Position numbers and translations under genes: made by a program | Notes under the pieces: generated by a model | The model's input: the letters and a program-made list of their open reading frames with translations, nothing else | Databases searched by the model: none | What the model was told of the DNA's origin: nothing | In this document: positions 19,223 to 28,475 of the stretch, one piece after another | How positions within the stretch are numbered: position 1 is the first letter of the stretch | Layout: each line of letters begins with the position of its first letter | From: Polyangiaceae bacterium | Lineage (GTDB): Bacteria > Myxococcota_A > Polyangia > Polyangiales > Polyangiaceae | NCBI GenBank assembly: GCA_044222475.1 | Contig: JBGANF010000096.1 | Span: forward strand, 1-32,174 | DNA: 32,174 nt | Direction of reading: 5' to 3'

Positions 19223-19435
19223 TCAAGGGAAGGGTGAGAGTAGCTGGGACCGAATTTCCATGTACTTGAGGTACTGCGCCCGCCCGCCCGTCAAGAGCGC
19301 CGTCGCCCCAGGCACGACGACGAAAGCGAGGAGGAACGCGTACTCGACCATCACCGCTCCCGTCCGATTGCGACGGAGGCGACGAATCGCCGAGAGGGAA
19401 GACTGCTTGGCCTTGCTGTCCTTGCTGCCTTCCAC
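19223..19435 (-). CDS. flp: Flp family pilin (twin 2)
   Basis: RTG/AVMVEYAFLL; GTG 19435 preceded by AAGGGAG (alternative start 19453). Confidence 0.85.
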   Translation of the reverse strand: MEGSKDSKAKQSSLSAIRRLRRNRTGAVMVEYAFLLAFVVVPGATALLTGGRAQYLKYMEIRSQLLSPFP

Positions 19436-19448
19436 GGTTACTCCCTTA

Positions 19449-19464
19449 TCCACGTCTCGTGCCA
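19449..19464 (-). promoter_or_regulatory. Possible sigma54 promoter upstream of the flp genes
   Basis: TGGCAC-N5-GTGGA: perfect -24 element, but the -12 lacks the canonical GC. Confidence 0.3.
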
Positions 19465-19632
19465 GCCTCGCGATAGGTCGCGAGCAGGCCCGTCCGGAAG
19501 CCGAATCGACGAAAACGTTGTGATTTCAAGGTGTGTGCTCGGACCGCACCCACTGAACGGGCGGCAGCAACCCTGGATCGAGGATCCCCCATGGTGGATC
19601 GGACTCTCACCATGCCCAGAACCGAAATTGAG

Positions 19633-21702
19633 TCATTTCAACGATTTAGCTGATTCAGTGAGGGTGGAACGCAAGAGCGTGCCATCGGAGGTGGGGAGAG
19701 AGCAGGTTTGGCCGACGCAAACGAACGCGCGGCCGGCTGCATCGGTCCGCCCGCGGCCGAGCTCGGGTGCGACGGGATCGTTAGCCGGCGAGCGGATCAC
19801 ACGGAGGTGGGGGACGAAGACCGACGTCGCCGCCAGCGCAAGCTCCTTCGTCTCGTCGGGCGTACCCGCCACGAAGACGTCGACCGCGCCTCGCACGAGC
19901 TGGTCCAGCGCTCGTAGCGTCGTGGCGTAGGCGAACGGGTTCTCGAGAGCGGCGGCGGCGGTGCGCTCGGTGGCCGCGCGAGCGGGCTCGGCGAACCGTG
20001 CGCGGACGGTGCCGCCGAGGTGAAGCAGCGCGAGCATCGCCATGGCGGACCCGCTCGGGACCGCTTGGTCGTACGCGTCGCGCGGCGCAGCGATGAGCTT
20101 CTCGGCGTCGTGCGGCGAGAAGTCGAACCCGCCGCCCTCCGCGGCGAAGTCGGCGAGGAGACCGTCGGCGAGACGCTCGGCGTCGCTGAGGTACCCGGCC
20201 TCCCCCGTCGCGGCGTGAAGCTCGAGCGCGGCGCACGCAAGGTAGGCCTGGTCGTCGAGGAAGCCCGGGCCCTTCACGACGCCCCCCTTCTCGAGCCGCT
20301 GCGCGCGCAGTGCGTCTCCCCTCGACACGACGAGGTGCTCGCGCAGGTGTGCGTAGGCGGCTCGAGCGAGATCGACCCACCGCGGCTCCCCGACTGCGGA
20401 CGCGGCGTTGGCGAGCGCCTGAATGGCGAGCGCGTTCCAGCTCGTCAGGATCTTCTCGTCACGGAAGGGCCGCGGGCGCTTCTCGCGGGCGGCGAAGAGG
20501 GCTTTCTTCGCGCGCTCGAGGGCGGCCTCGACGTCGGAGGGAGCGCGCCCCAACTTCACCGCGATCGTCGAGAGCGGGAGCGCCCGATGGAGCACCGTCG
20601 CGCCGGTCTCTTCGAAGTTGCCGCCCTCTTCGATGCCCCACGCGTGGAGCGCGGCGTCGATCGCCACGTCGTCGCCGGCGAGCGCATCTCGTACCTCTTT
20701 GGGACGAAACACGAAGAACTTTCCTTCTTCGCCTTCGGAGTCCGCGTCCTCGCTCGCGAAGAAGGCGCCGCTCGGCGCGCGCATGTCGCGCTCGAGGTAG
20801 GCGACGATTCCCCTGGCGACGTCGGCGTACGACTCGTCGCCGAAGACGCGATGACCGTCAGCGTAGAGGCGCAGGAGGAGCGCGTTGTCGTAGAGCATTT
20901 TCTCGAAGTGCGGCACGAGCCAACGCTCGTCGGTCGAGTACCGGTGGAAGCCGCCGCCGAGCTGATCGTGGATTCCTCCGTCGCGCATGCCGTCGAGCGC
21001 GCGGCGAAAACGGGCCAACGCACGGTCGTCGCTCGACGTGACGCCATGGAGCAGAAGGAGATCGAGGCACATCGTGTTCGGAAACTTCGGTCGCGCGCCG
21101 AACCCGCCGTGCTCGTCGTCGAAGCGCCGCCCGAGAACCGCGACCGCGCGCGCGAGGACGTCCCGCGGAACCTCGGCGGTGGACCTGGCGTCGTTTCCAC
21201 CAGCGACCTTGGAGATGGCTTGCGTCAGCTCGTCGGCCTGCAGATCCACGTCACCCCGCTTCTCGCGGTACGCCTCGGCGACGGCGTCGAGGATCTTGGG
21301 AAAGCTCGGCATGCCGTAGCGATCCACTGGAGGAAAATACGTCCCACCGAAGAAGGGCTTCTGGTCCGGCGTCAGAAAGACGGTCAGCGGCCACCCGCCG
21401 TTGCGGCCGAGAAGCTGAACGACGAGCTGATAGACCTGATCGAGGTCCGGCCGCTCTTCGCGATCGACCTTCACGTTCACGAAGAGCGCGTTCATCTGCT
21501 TCGCGATCGCTTCGTTCTCGAACGACTCGCGCTCCATGACGTGGCACCAGTGGCACGCGGAGTAGCCGATGCTGAGGAGGATCGGCTTGTCCTCCGCCTT
21601 GGCGCGCGCGAGCGCCTCGGGCCCCCAGGGGTACCAGTCGACCGGGTTGTGCGCGTGCTGCTGGAGGTACGGAGATGCCTCGGCGGCGAGACGGTTCGTC
21701 AT
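19633..21702 (-). CDS. Thioredoxin-domain protein, YyaL/SPATA20 (DUF255) family
   Basis: [48 protein letters not shown]. Confidence 0.95.
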   Translation of the reverse strand: MTNRLAAEASPYLQQHAHNPVDWYPWGPEALARAKAEDKPILLSIGYSACHWCHVMERESFENEAIAKQMNALFVNVKVDREERPDLDQVYQLVVQLLGRNGGWPLTVFLTPDQKPFFGGTYFPPVDRYGMPSFPKILDAVAEAYREKRGDVDLQADELTQAISKVAGGNDARSTAEVPRDVLARAVAVLGRRFDDEHGGFGARPKFPNTMCLDLLLLHGVTSSDDRALARFRRALDGMRDGGIHDQLGGGFHRYSTDERWLVPHFEKMLYDNALLLRLYADGHRVFGDESYADVARGIVAYLERDMRAPSGAFFASEDADSEGEEGKFFVFRPKEVRDALAGDDVAIDAALHAWGIEEGGNFEETGATVLHRALPLSTIAVKLGRAPSDVEAALERAKKALFAAREKRPRPFRDEKILTSWNALAIQALANAASAVGEPRWVDLARAAYAHLREHLVVSRGDALRAQRLEKGGVVKGPGFLDDQAYLACAALELHAATGEAGYLSDAERLADGLLADFAAEGGGFDFSPHDAEKLIAAPRDAYDQAVPSGSAMAMLALLHLGGTVRARFAEPARAATERTAAAALENPFAYATTLRALDQLVRGAVDVFVAGTPDETKELALAATSVFVPHLRVIRSPANDPVAPELGRGRTDAAGRAFVCVGQTCSLPTSDGTLLRSTLTESAKSLK

Positions 21703-21733
21703 CGCTACCGCTTAGCGCGGCCCGCGCGTCAGG

Positions 21734-22858
21734 TCACGCGGCCGTGATTTCGACGCGGAGCAGCTTTCGGCCGATGAAGATGTAGTCGCCGTGGGAGAGC
21801 TCGCGCTCCGACTTGATCCGAACGTAGGTCCCGTTCCGGCTGTTGAGGTCGGTGAGCGAGAGCTTGCCCCCCGCCTCCTCGATCTTGCAGTGCGACGCGC
21901 TCATGTAGAGGTCGGTCGGGAAGTTCAGGTCGCCGCCTTCGCGGCCGATCTGGAGCCCGTTGCCACGCGCCAGGACCGACATGCCCGGCCCGCCGCCTTG
22001 GAGGATCTGCGTGATCCGGAACAGGAACTGGTGCTTCGGCGACGAGTAGAAATACGTGCCGTCGGGGCCGGGGCCGTCGGTCGATTTCGGCGGACCGTCG
22101 ATCTTGAAGAGCTGCTCGCCCGCGAGGACGAAGTCGCCCGGGTCGAGGTCGATCGTCCCGCGCACGCGGAGGTACACGCCGTTGAGCGAGCCTTCGTCGC
22201 GTACGACGAGCTTTCCGTCGCGATAGAACAGGTTCGCGTGCTTGGGCGAAACGAAGGCGTCGTCCGGGAAGACGAGCTGCTGCCCGCTTCGGCCGACGAC
22301 GTGCTGCTCGGCGTTGAGCTGATAGCTGAGACCTTCGACGCCCTCGCCACGGATCAGGATCAGCTTCGCCTTGCCCGGCACCTGGAGCTGACCGAAGAAC
22401 TGAGTCCGCGCGTTCAGGATCTCCGGCGGGACGGCGGCGCCGCAGCGACCGCAGAACTTGTGCCCCATCGGCACCGGGGTCGAGCAGGAACGGCAGACGA
22501 AGTTCTTCGCTTGATCCATCAACTCCTCCAACGACGTGACGACCGGAGCTTCTGCCGCCTTCGATGCGGACGATACCGGAGGAGAGCCCCCATGTGCAGC
22601 TCCTCCTTGAGAGATCGACCCGCTCGTCCGAGGCTGCAGCTTTCCCTCGAAAAGCTGGCCTTTGTCGACAGCCGGGGGCGGCGTGATGGCGCGGCGGGCG
22701 AGATCGGGGTCGGCCTGGCCGACGCTGGCCATGGTTCGCGTCACCGTGCGAGGTGGCGGGAGGAGCGCGAGCGCGTTGCCGCACCCTGGGCACATCGACG
22801 TCCCCATCGCGCTGTAGGCGTCACACGCGCCGCAAACGATGCCGAGCTCCAGATCCAT
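21734..22858 (-). CDS. Zinc-ribbon plus tandem FHA domain protein
   Basis: Two CxxC..CxxC ribbons; FHA motifs GR..SPKHA..SLNG and GR..SASHC..SRNGT. Confidence 0.88.
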   Translation of the reverse strand: MDLELGIVCGACDAYSAMGTSMCPGCGNALALLPPPRTVTRTMASVGQADPDLARRAITPPPAVDKGQLFEGKLQPRTSGSISQGGAAHGGSPPVSSASKAAEAPVVTSLEELMDQAKNFVCRSCSTPVPMGHKFCGRCGAAVPPEILNARTQFFGQLQVPGKAKLILIRGEGVEGLSYQLNAEQHVVGRSGQQLVFPDDAFVSPKHANLFYRDGKLVVRDEGSLNGVYLRVRGTIDLDPGDFVLAGEQLFKIDGPPKSTDGPGPDGTYFYSSPKHQFLFRITQILQGGGPGMSVLARGNGLQIGREGGDLNFPTDLYMSASHCKIEEAGGKLSLTDLNSRNGTYVRIKSERELSHGDYIFIGRKLLRVEITAA

Positions 22859-22892
22859 GACCGCGGTCAATCTACCAGCCTTCCGCTCGCGC

Positions 22893-23528
22893 TCACCAGA
22901 GGACGGTGAAGCGCTTCTTCGAGTCGCCCGGGCCGCTCGAACCCCAGAGGCGGAGCGCGATGCGCTGACAGGTCGACGGCGCGACGGTCCCGAAATCGCG
23001 GGAGTCGAGGTGGAGAGCGCGGTTGTCGCTCACGAGGAAGACCTGACCCGCCGGGACCTCGGTGTGCGAGTCGCGGTCGACGATGGGCGTGGCGGCGCGA
23101 AACGACTCGTGGGATCCGCCCGCGAACTCCTCGACGAAGCAATTGAGATCCGTGTCCTGCCCCGACGAGGGGTTGGCCATGGTGACCTTCGGCACTTCGC
23201 AGGCGTACGGTGCGGACGGGATCTTGTTGCCGATGAGGAGGGTGCCGCCTTTGAAATCGATCACGTCTGCGGCGCGACCCATCACCCGGCCGACGACGTA
23301 CCGCCCCGGCGAGTCGGGGTCGGCGCAGCGCACGAGCGCGCCGTCGGACGCGTTGCTCGAGCGCGACACGAGGATCCAATCACCCGCGCTCAACGTGGGC
23401 TCGACCGACGAGGACAGCTGAGGATCGTCGTTCGGGATCGTCCATGGCTCGAAGAACGCGAGCACCACGCCGATGAAGACGGCGAGGATCACGACCATCC
23501 AGATCAGGACTTTCGTCAACGTACGCAC
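22893..23528 (-). CDS. Signal peptidase I-like (S26) protein, probably catalytically degenerate
   Basis: TM anchor, SVEPTL..GD, VVGRV (Lys missing), DNR..DSR.FG boxes. Confidence 0.8.
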   Translation of the reverse strand: MRTLTKVLIWMVVILAVFIGVVLAFFEPWTIPNDDPQLSSSVEPTLSAGDWILVSRSSNASDGALVRCADPDSPGRYVVGRVMGRAADVIDFKGGTLLIGNKIPSAPYACEVPKVTMANPSSGQDTDLNCFVEEFAGGSHESFRAATPIVDRDSHTEVPAGQVFLVSDNRALHLDSRDFGTVAPSTCQRIALRLWGSSGPGDSKKRFTVLW

Positions 23529-23569
23529 GCCAGGCTCAGCGTAGAATAGCTCACCCCGGAGGAGTGCGC

Positions 23570-24745
23570 GTGAACGATTGGAATGGGCAGGAACGGCGCG
23601 GCGCGAGCGCGATTCGGCGGCATCGCCGGCGCATCTTCGCGCTCTTCGCTCTCGTCCCGCCGCTGGCCGCGGTCGCCGGCGCGCCGCTCGCTTGCAGCAC
23701 GGGCGGGAGTCCGCGCTCGGGGTCCGGACTGCTCGTCGCGCCGATGCAGAGCGCTCCGTCGAGCTCGAGCGCGTCGATCGGCGACGCCGGCGCCGATGCG
23801 GCCATGCTGTATCGACCCGTCCCGTCCGAGCCACGCAAGCCGCGGGGCGATTGCGAGCGCTCGGTCGACTGCATCGCCGAGCAAGCGGAGACTCCGGCGT
23901 GGCCATTCGCGCCTCCGTTCACTCAGTGCGCCGTCTCGGGCGACAACGGCGGCGCGTTCAACGAGCGCGAGACCCGGAGCGCGCGACGCGAGACGGCGGA
24001 TGCGTGCTGCTACGTTTCGTTCCAATGCGAGGGCAGCCTGGCGCGCCCGAGCCACCCAGCCCCTCCGACCGTCATTCGCGGTCGGCGCCTCGAGGGCGGC
24101 CCGTCGATCGAAGGATCGGATCTCTCGGCGATGCTCCAAGCGGAGCACCAATCGGTGATCGCATTTCGCGCGCTCGCTCGCGATCTCGCCATCCACGGGG
24201 CTCCGCCCGAGCTCGTGGCAGCTGCGTTCGACGCCGCGGAAGAGGAGGCCGGACACGTGATCTCCACGGTCCACCTCGCAGGGCTCTCGCGGGAGCCGAT
24301 CGCGTTCGACGATCGCGCGGTCGGCATGCCGCCGCCGGCGTCGCTCGCCGAAATCGTCCGGTCGTCGTTCCTGGATGGGTGCGCGGGCGAAGGCGCCGCG
24401 GCGCTCTCGTTCGAGGTCGCCGCAGAGTCGGAGACGGAGACGGAGACCCGGCGCATCCTCGCCGCGATCGCCGAAGACGAGGCGCGTCACGCGGAGCTCG
24501 GGTGGCGCACCTTGATCTGGGCGATCGATCGCCATCCCGTCGCAGCGCGCGCGGCCCTGGCGAGCGCGATGGCGGAGCTCCGCCGCGTCGGCGTCCCGTT
24601 CGACTCGATGTTCCTCGACGCGGCGACCGCCGCGAACCTCGCCGACGATTTCGCGCGCGAGGTCCTCTTCCCGCTCGGAGAGGACCTCCTCGCTATCGCC
24701 CCTCCGCCATCGCCGCTCGGAGATGGTTCCGCGCGCGCAGCGTGA
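23570..24745 (+). CDS. Lipoprotein with C-terminal ferritin-like diiron domain
   Basis: Arg-rich signal with PLAC lipobox; Cys-rich N-domain; EHQS..EEAGH..GE..DEARH. GGAGGAG RBS before GTG 23570. Confidence 0.8.
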   Translation: MNDWNGQERRGASAIRRHRRRIFALFALVPPLAAVAGAPLACSTGGSPRSGSGLLVAPMQSAPSSSSASIGDAGADAAMLYRPVPSEPRKPRGDCERSVDCIAEQAETPAWPFAPPFTQCAVSGDNGGAFNERETRSARRETADACCYVSFQCEGSLARPSHPAPPTVIRGRRLEGGPSIEGSDLSAMLQAEHQSVIAFRALARDLAIHGAPPELVAAAFDAAEEEAGHVISTVHLAGLSREPIAFDDRAVGMPPPASLAEIVRSSFLDGCAGEGAAALSFEVAAESETETETRRILAAIAEDEARHAELGWRTLIWAIDRHPVAARAALASAMAELRRVGVPFDSMFLDAATAANLADDFAREVLFPLGEDLLAIAPPPSPLGDGSARAA

Positions 24746-25664
24746 GCGGCCCGTCGGGGTGTGCATCGATCCACGCATCGAAGGCTCGGGCCGACGCCTC
24801 GTAGCGACCGGCGCGGTACTCCGCCACACCGAGGGCGAACTCGGTGGGGTACGCGGCATCGATGCGACCGAGTGCCTTGATCTTCTCGGCGCGCCACCCC
24901 TCGCTCGCCATCGCCTCGCCCGAGTCCAACGCGTCGCAGTCCTCGCGCGACTTCGCAGTCACGCGCGCGGCATCGATCGATCGCTTGGTCTGCTCGGGCG
25001 GGTGGGGATGCCCCAGGTAGAACGCATACAGCGCGCGCGACTCGTCGAGGGTCGGCTCGAAGTCCGATACTCCGTCGACACCGGCGACCACGTTCCACTT
25101 GAGCTTGAACGCGACACGCAGCGCGTCGTCGTCCAGCTCCACCCGGCGATCGTGCACCCACCCGACTGCGGCGAACCGCTGGAGGAAGCCTCCGCCGGTC
25201 GCCGCGAGCTCCGCCGAGGGAGGCGCACCGTGCTCCCATTCGTGCAGCGCAGCCACGAACCGGTCGCCCTGGACCGCGCGGAGGGAGAGGAGCGGACCGA
25301 CACCGAGCGGGAGCGCCTCCCTGCGGGCACGATCGATGTTCGCCCGAAGAACGTCCCATGCGGCGTCGGGTGTGTTGGCTTCTTCGGCGGTGTTGAACGC
25401 CCGAATCGCGGCTCCCAAGGCGCGGACTTCACGGGGGAGCGGCTCGGCCTCGGCGGCCCGGACCCGAGCGGCGTCGCTCTCGTGGGTGCGGGCCAGCGCG
25501 GCGGCGTCGACGACGGGCAAGGGCACGTCCCGGGGCGGAACGGCCCGTGGGACGATGAGGAACCCCAGGGTGAGCGCCACCGCGACGGGAACCGCCGCGA
25601 GCCAGCGCCCACTGTTCTTGCCCCCGCCGTTCTCGTTGGGGCGTTCCCTCCGCGCCGTGGACAT
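24693..25664 (-). CDS. Hypothetical membrane-anchored protein with C-terminal TPR-like helices
   Basis: One TM helix; C-terminal FALGVAEYRAGRYEASARAF..HPDG TPR-like pattern. Overlaps the convergent gene by 53 nt. Confidence 0.65.
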   Translation of the reverse strand: MSTARRERPNENGGGKNSGRWLAAVPVAVALTLGFLIVPRAVPPRDVPLPVVDAAALARTHESDAARVRAAEAEPLPREVRALGAAIRAFNTAEEANTPDAAWDVLRANIDRARREALPLGVGPLLSLRAVQGDRFVAALHEWEHGAPPSAELAATGGGFLQRFAAVGWVHDRRVELDDDALRVAFKLKWNVVAGVDGVSDFEPTLDESRALYAFYLGHPHPPEQTKRSIDAARVTAKSREDCDALDSGEAMASEGWRAEKIKALGRIDAAYPTEFALGVAEYRAGRYEASARAFDAWIDAHPDGPLTLRARNHLRAAMAEGR

Positions 25665-25703
25665 CCGTCCTAGTACTACCACTTGTGATATGCCGTTGGG
25701 TTC

Positions 25704-26015
25704 ATGGACCTACGTCGACACTCACGCGTCCCCTTCGCCGAGCCGGTCGTCTTCGCGCTCAAGGGCAAGGAAGAGCGCCTCACCGGCACGAGCCGCGACA
25801 TCTCGCTCGGCGGGATGTTCATCGAGACCACGACACCGACCGCCTTCGGCGCGGAGATCGTCGTCCACGTTCACGTCCCCGGCGAGACGCAAGGTTTCGC
25901 GCTGCCCGGCATCGTGCGCTGGGTCGGCAAAGAAGGCATGGGCGTTCAGTTCGGCATGCTCGGCGCGCGCGAGACGCACACGATCACCGAGCTCGTCGCG
26001 GCTGCGGGTCGCTGA
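25704..26015 (+). CDS. PilZ domain protein
   Basis: RRHSR and DISLGG c-di-GMP-binding motifs, GMGVQF. Confidence 0.92.
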   Translation: MDLRRHSRVPFAEPVVFALKGKEERLTGTSRDISLGGMFIETTTPTAFGAEIVVHVHVPGETQGFALPGIVRWVGKEGMGVQFGMLGARETHTITELVAAAGR

Positions 26016-26063
26016 CAAACGCTGAAGTCCGGAACTGCGGGGTCAATTCGGCTGGGTACGTTG

Positions 26064-27266
26064 CTAGCGGCGAACGGTGATCGGGATCGTCACGTCGCCC
26101 GGGTGCGAGAACAGGCCCTTCTGGTAGATCGCGCGCGCGGCGCACTCTCGCGCCTCGACCGGGAGCGGCGGATCGAAGAGTGCACTCTGCACGGTTCCGT
26201 CGTCGGCGAGGCGGAGGCTGAGCTTGCTCTCGAAGGTCAGGCTGACTTGGGTCGAGCTCGGCACCGAGACGATGCAGCTCTGGACGGCTTGCGAAAGGGC
26301 GCGCTCGGGATCGACGATGGCGGCCGGGGTCGCCGTGTCGACCGGCTTCACCGCGGTCACCGCGCCCGGCGACGTGTGAGTCGCCGGGTGGACCGCAGCG
26401 ACGGTCGAGGGGGGCGCCGCGGCGCTCGCCTGATGAACGGTGGTGTCCGCCGCGCGGACCGCGTCGGCCGCGCGATTGATCACGACGGTGTGCGCCGCAT
26501 CGGTCGCGTCGAACTCGACGTGAGCCGGCGCGTGAACGATCGTGCTCTCGCCGCCAGAGGCGCCACCGATGGCGACGACACCCTCGGTGAGATCGACGAC
26601 GACGTGATCGCCCTGACGCGCGACACGGAGGTGAGTGCCGTGGACCGCGACCCGCGCGACCGCACCACTCTTCGCCGCCACGTCGACCGCGAACGCATCG
26701 CCGGTCGGAACTGGAGTCACGTCGGCCTCGGTCGCGCCGATCGCGAGCGCGAGGATCAGCGGTGCGCTCGGGTGAGTCACGCTGACCTCCGAGCCGTTCT
26801 CGATCGAGAAGCGAACCTTGCCCTCTTGCGAGAACACCGCGTTGCCGCCCGAGACGGCGATCACGTCGCCACCTTTGAGCGCGTAACCATCGCTGACCTT
26901 GGTGCCCGAGACGGTGACCGCAGCGCCGTTCGCGCTGACGAGCGAGCCGACCGCAGAGTCGTGCACGGCGACCGGCGGGTTCGCCGGTGGAGTCGGGTTG
27001 CGGAGGTAGAAGACCGCGGCGGCAGCAGCCGCGAGCGCGCCCGCGAAGGAGATCCAGACGACGCGGCTGCGCTCGGATCGGCGCGTGGTCGCCTTCTCGC
27101 GCTCGAGGCGCGCGAAGAGCGCGTCGCTCGCCGCGTCCCAGTCGCGCTCGGGCATGCGCTCGGCCTTCGCCTCGGACAGCGAGGACGCGAGGAGCGCGCT
27201 CGGCCGATCGGCGTCGAGCTCGGCTTCGGAAAGCGTCGCTTCTTCTTGCTCTTCCCGTTCGGTCAC
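26064..27266 (-). CDS. FecR-like anti-sigma factor
   Basis: Short cytoplasmic N-terminus, TM helix, VAVHGTHLRV..V.LTEGVV FecR motif; GTGA-coupled to the sigma gene. Confidence 0.8.
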   Translation of the reverse strand: MTEREEQEEATLSEAELDADRPSALLASSLSEAKAERMPERDWDAASDALFARLEREKATTRRSERSRVVWISFAGALAAAAAAVFYLRNPTPPANPPVAVHDSAVGSLVSANGAAVTVSGTKVSDGYALKGGDVIAVSGGNAVFSQEGKVRFSIENGSEVSVTHPSAPLILALAIGATEADVTPVPTGDAFAVDVAAKSGAVARVAVHGTHLRVARQGDHVVVDLTEGVVAIGGASGGESTIVHAPAHVEFDATDAAHTVVINRAADAVRAADTTVHQASAAAPPSTVAAVHPATHTSPGAVTAVKPVDTATPAAIVDPERALSQAVQSCIVSVPSSTQVSLTFESKLSLRLADDGTVQSALFDPPLPVEARECAARAIYQKGLFSHPGDVTIPITVRR

Positions 27267-27856
27267 GAGTCACCTCCGGCCTTGGAGAACGTCCCCCGAA
27301 CGTGCGAGAGGATCGGCTCCTCTCCAATCATCGCCTCGAGCTCGCGCCGCGCGTAGAAGAGCCGCGTCCTCACGGTGAGAACGGGGGCTCCGACGATCTC
27401 GGCGATCTCCTGCGGGCTGACGCCCTCCATGTCGTGGAGGACGAAGACGGTGCGCTTTTTCTCGGCCAGCTTGTCGACGAGCTTCGCGAACGCACGGACG
27501 CGCGTGCGACGCTCGACGTCTTCGTCGGGCGCGACGCTGCGATCGTCGGCGGTGGTCTCCGGCGGGAGCTCTTCCGCGTACGAGGGCCGGCTGCGCGCCG
27601 AGCGCCGGTGCATCAGAACGACGTTCACCGCGACGCGGTGGATCCAGGTGGAGAGCTTCGCCTGCCCGCGGAAGTCCTTCAGGCTGCGATAGACCTGAAC
27701 GAAGACCTCCTGCACGACGTCGTCGACGTCGGCGCTGCCGCTCAGCATGCGGTAGACGAGGCGTGCGACGTCGGCGCGATGACGCGTGTAGAGCGTACGA
27801 AACGCGGCCGTGTCGCCTTGGCCGGCGCGGGCGATGAGGTCGTCCTCGTCGCTCAT
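27263..27856 (-). CDS. ECF RNA polymerase sigma factor
   Basis: GD..AF..LY, DDVVQEVF, STWIHRVAVN, TVRTRLFYAR. Start may be 27856 or 27907. Confidence 0.95.
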   Translation of the reverse strand: MSDEDDLIARAGQGDTAAFRTLYTRHRADVARLVYRMLSGSADVDDVVQEVFVQVYRSLKDFRGQAKLSTWIHRVAVNVVLMHRRSARSRPSYAEELPPETTADDRSVAPDEDVERRTRVRAFAKLVDKLAEKKRTVFVLHDMEGVSPQEIAEIVGAPVLTVRTRLFYARRELEAMIGEEPILSHVRGTFSKAGGDS

Positions 27857-27907
27857 TCGGCGCGCCGGCTCCTGGGAGAGAAGGGGGAAAGAGAGGACCG
27901 CACTCAC

Positions 27908-27931
27908 TACGACTTCAGGTGCAAGCCGTTC
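27908..27931 (-). promoter_or_regulatory. Putative autoregulatory ECF promoter
   Basis: GAAC-N16-CGTA on the minus strand just upstream of the ECF gene. Confidence 0.5.
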
Positions 27932-27977
27932 GCCCGACATTCAGCCTGGCCGAACAAATTCAAGCACCTGAAATGAC

Positions 27978-28307
27978 TCAGAAAAGCGCCTTGAGGTCGA
28001 CCTTGTCGGCCTTCTTCTGCTCGAGGAGGTGGTTCACGGCGCGAAGGATCCGCTGCTTGGTCGGACCGCTGACGCCCTTGCCGGCGAGGGCGGCGGCCAT
28101 CGCGCGGGGGGTGACCGGACGGCCACTGCGCGGCTTGCGCTCTTCCTTCTTGGCGGCCTCGTCCCCGCTCTTGGCGCGGCGCTTGGCGAGCTTGATTTCC
28201 TTGTCCTCCGCGCGGAACGTCTCGAGCTTGTGAGACGCGGCGAGGACGCGACGAGCGTCGAGCTTCTTGGACTTCAGGAAATCGGCGAACTTGATCGAAT
28301 CGGCCAT
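27978..28307 (-). CDS. Small Lys/Arg-rich hypothetical protein, possibly DNA-binding
   Basis: 109 aa, very basic, coding-like codon usage, HTH-like C-terminal half. Confidence 0.75.
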   Translation of the reverse strand: MADSIKFADFLKSKKLDARRVLAASHKLETFRAEDKEIKLAKRRAKSGDEAAKKEERKPRSGRPVTPRAMAAALAGKGVSGPTKQRILRAVNHLLEQKKADKVDLKALF

Positions 28308-28475
28308 GGGAAGGGTCCTGCGCTTTTGGGAGGGGCGGTATCCATATTGAAAACCCAGGCGCTGCGCAAGGGCCCCCGCTCGTGGCGCGCGCCATGGCAC
28401 TTCGGTGGCGCGCCACCCCCGACCCGCTGAAATGGCCGAGCGAAGGCCGGGCACGAAGGTTGGAAGGCAGGCGGC

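Noticed and set aside
24428..24448. (GGAGAC)3 short repeat as a phase-variation tract
   Set aside because: An in-frame hexamer (ETETET) with only three copies; slippage would not switch expression.
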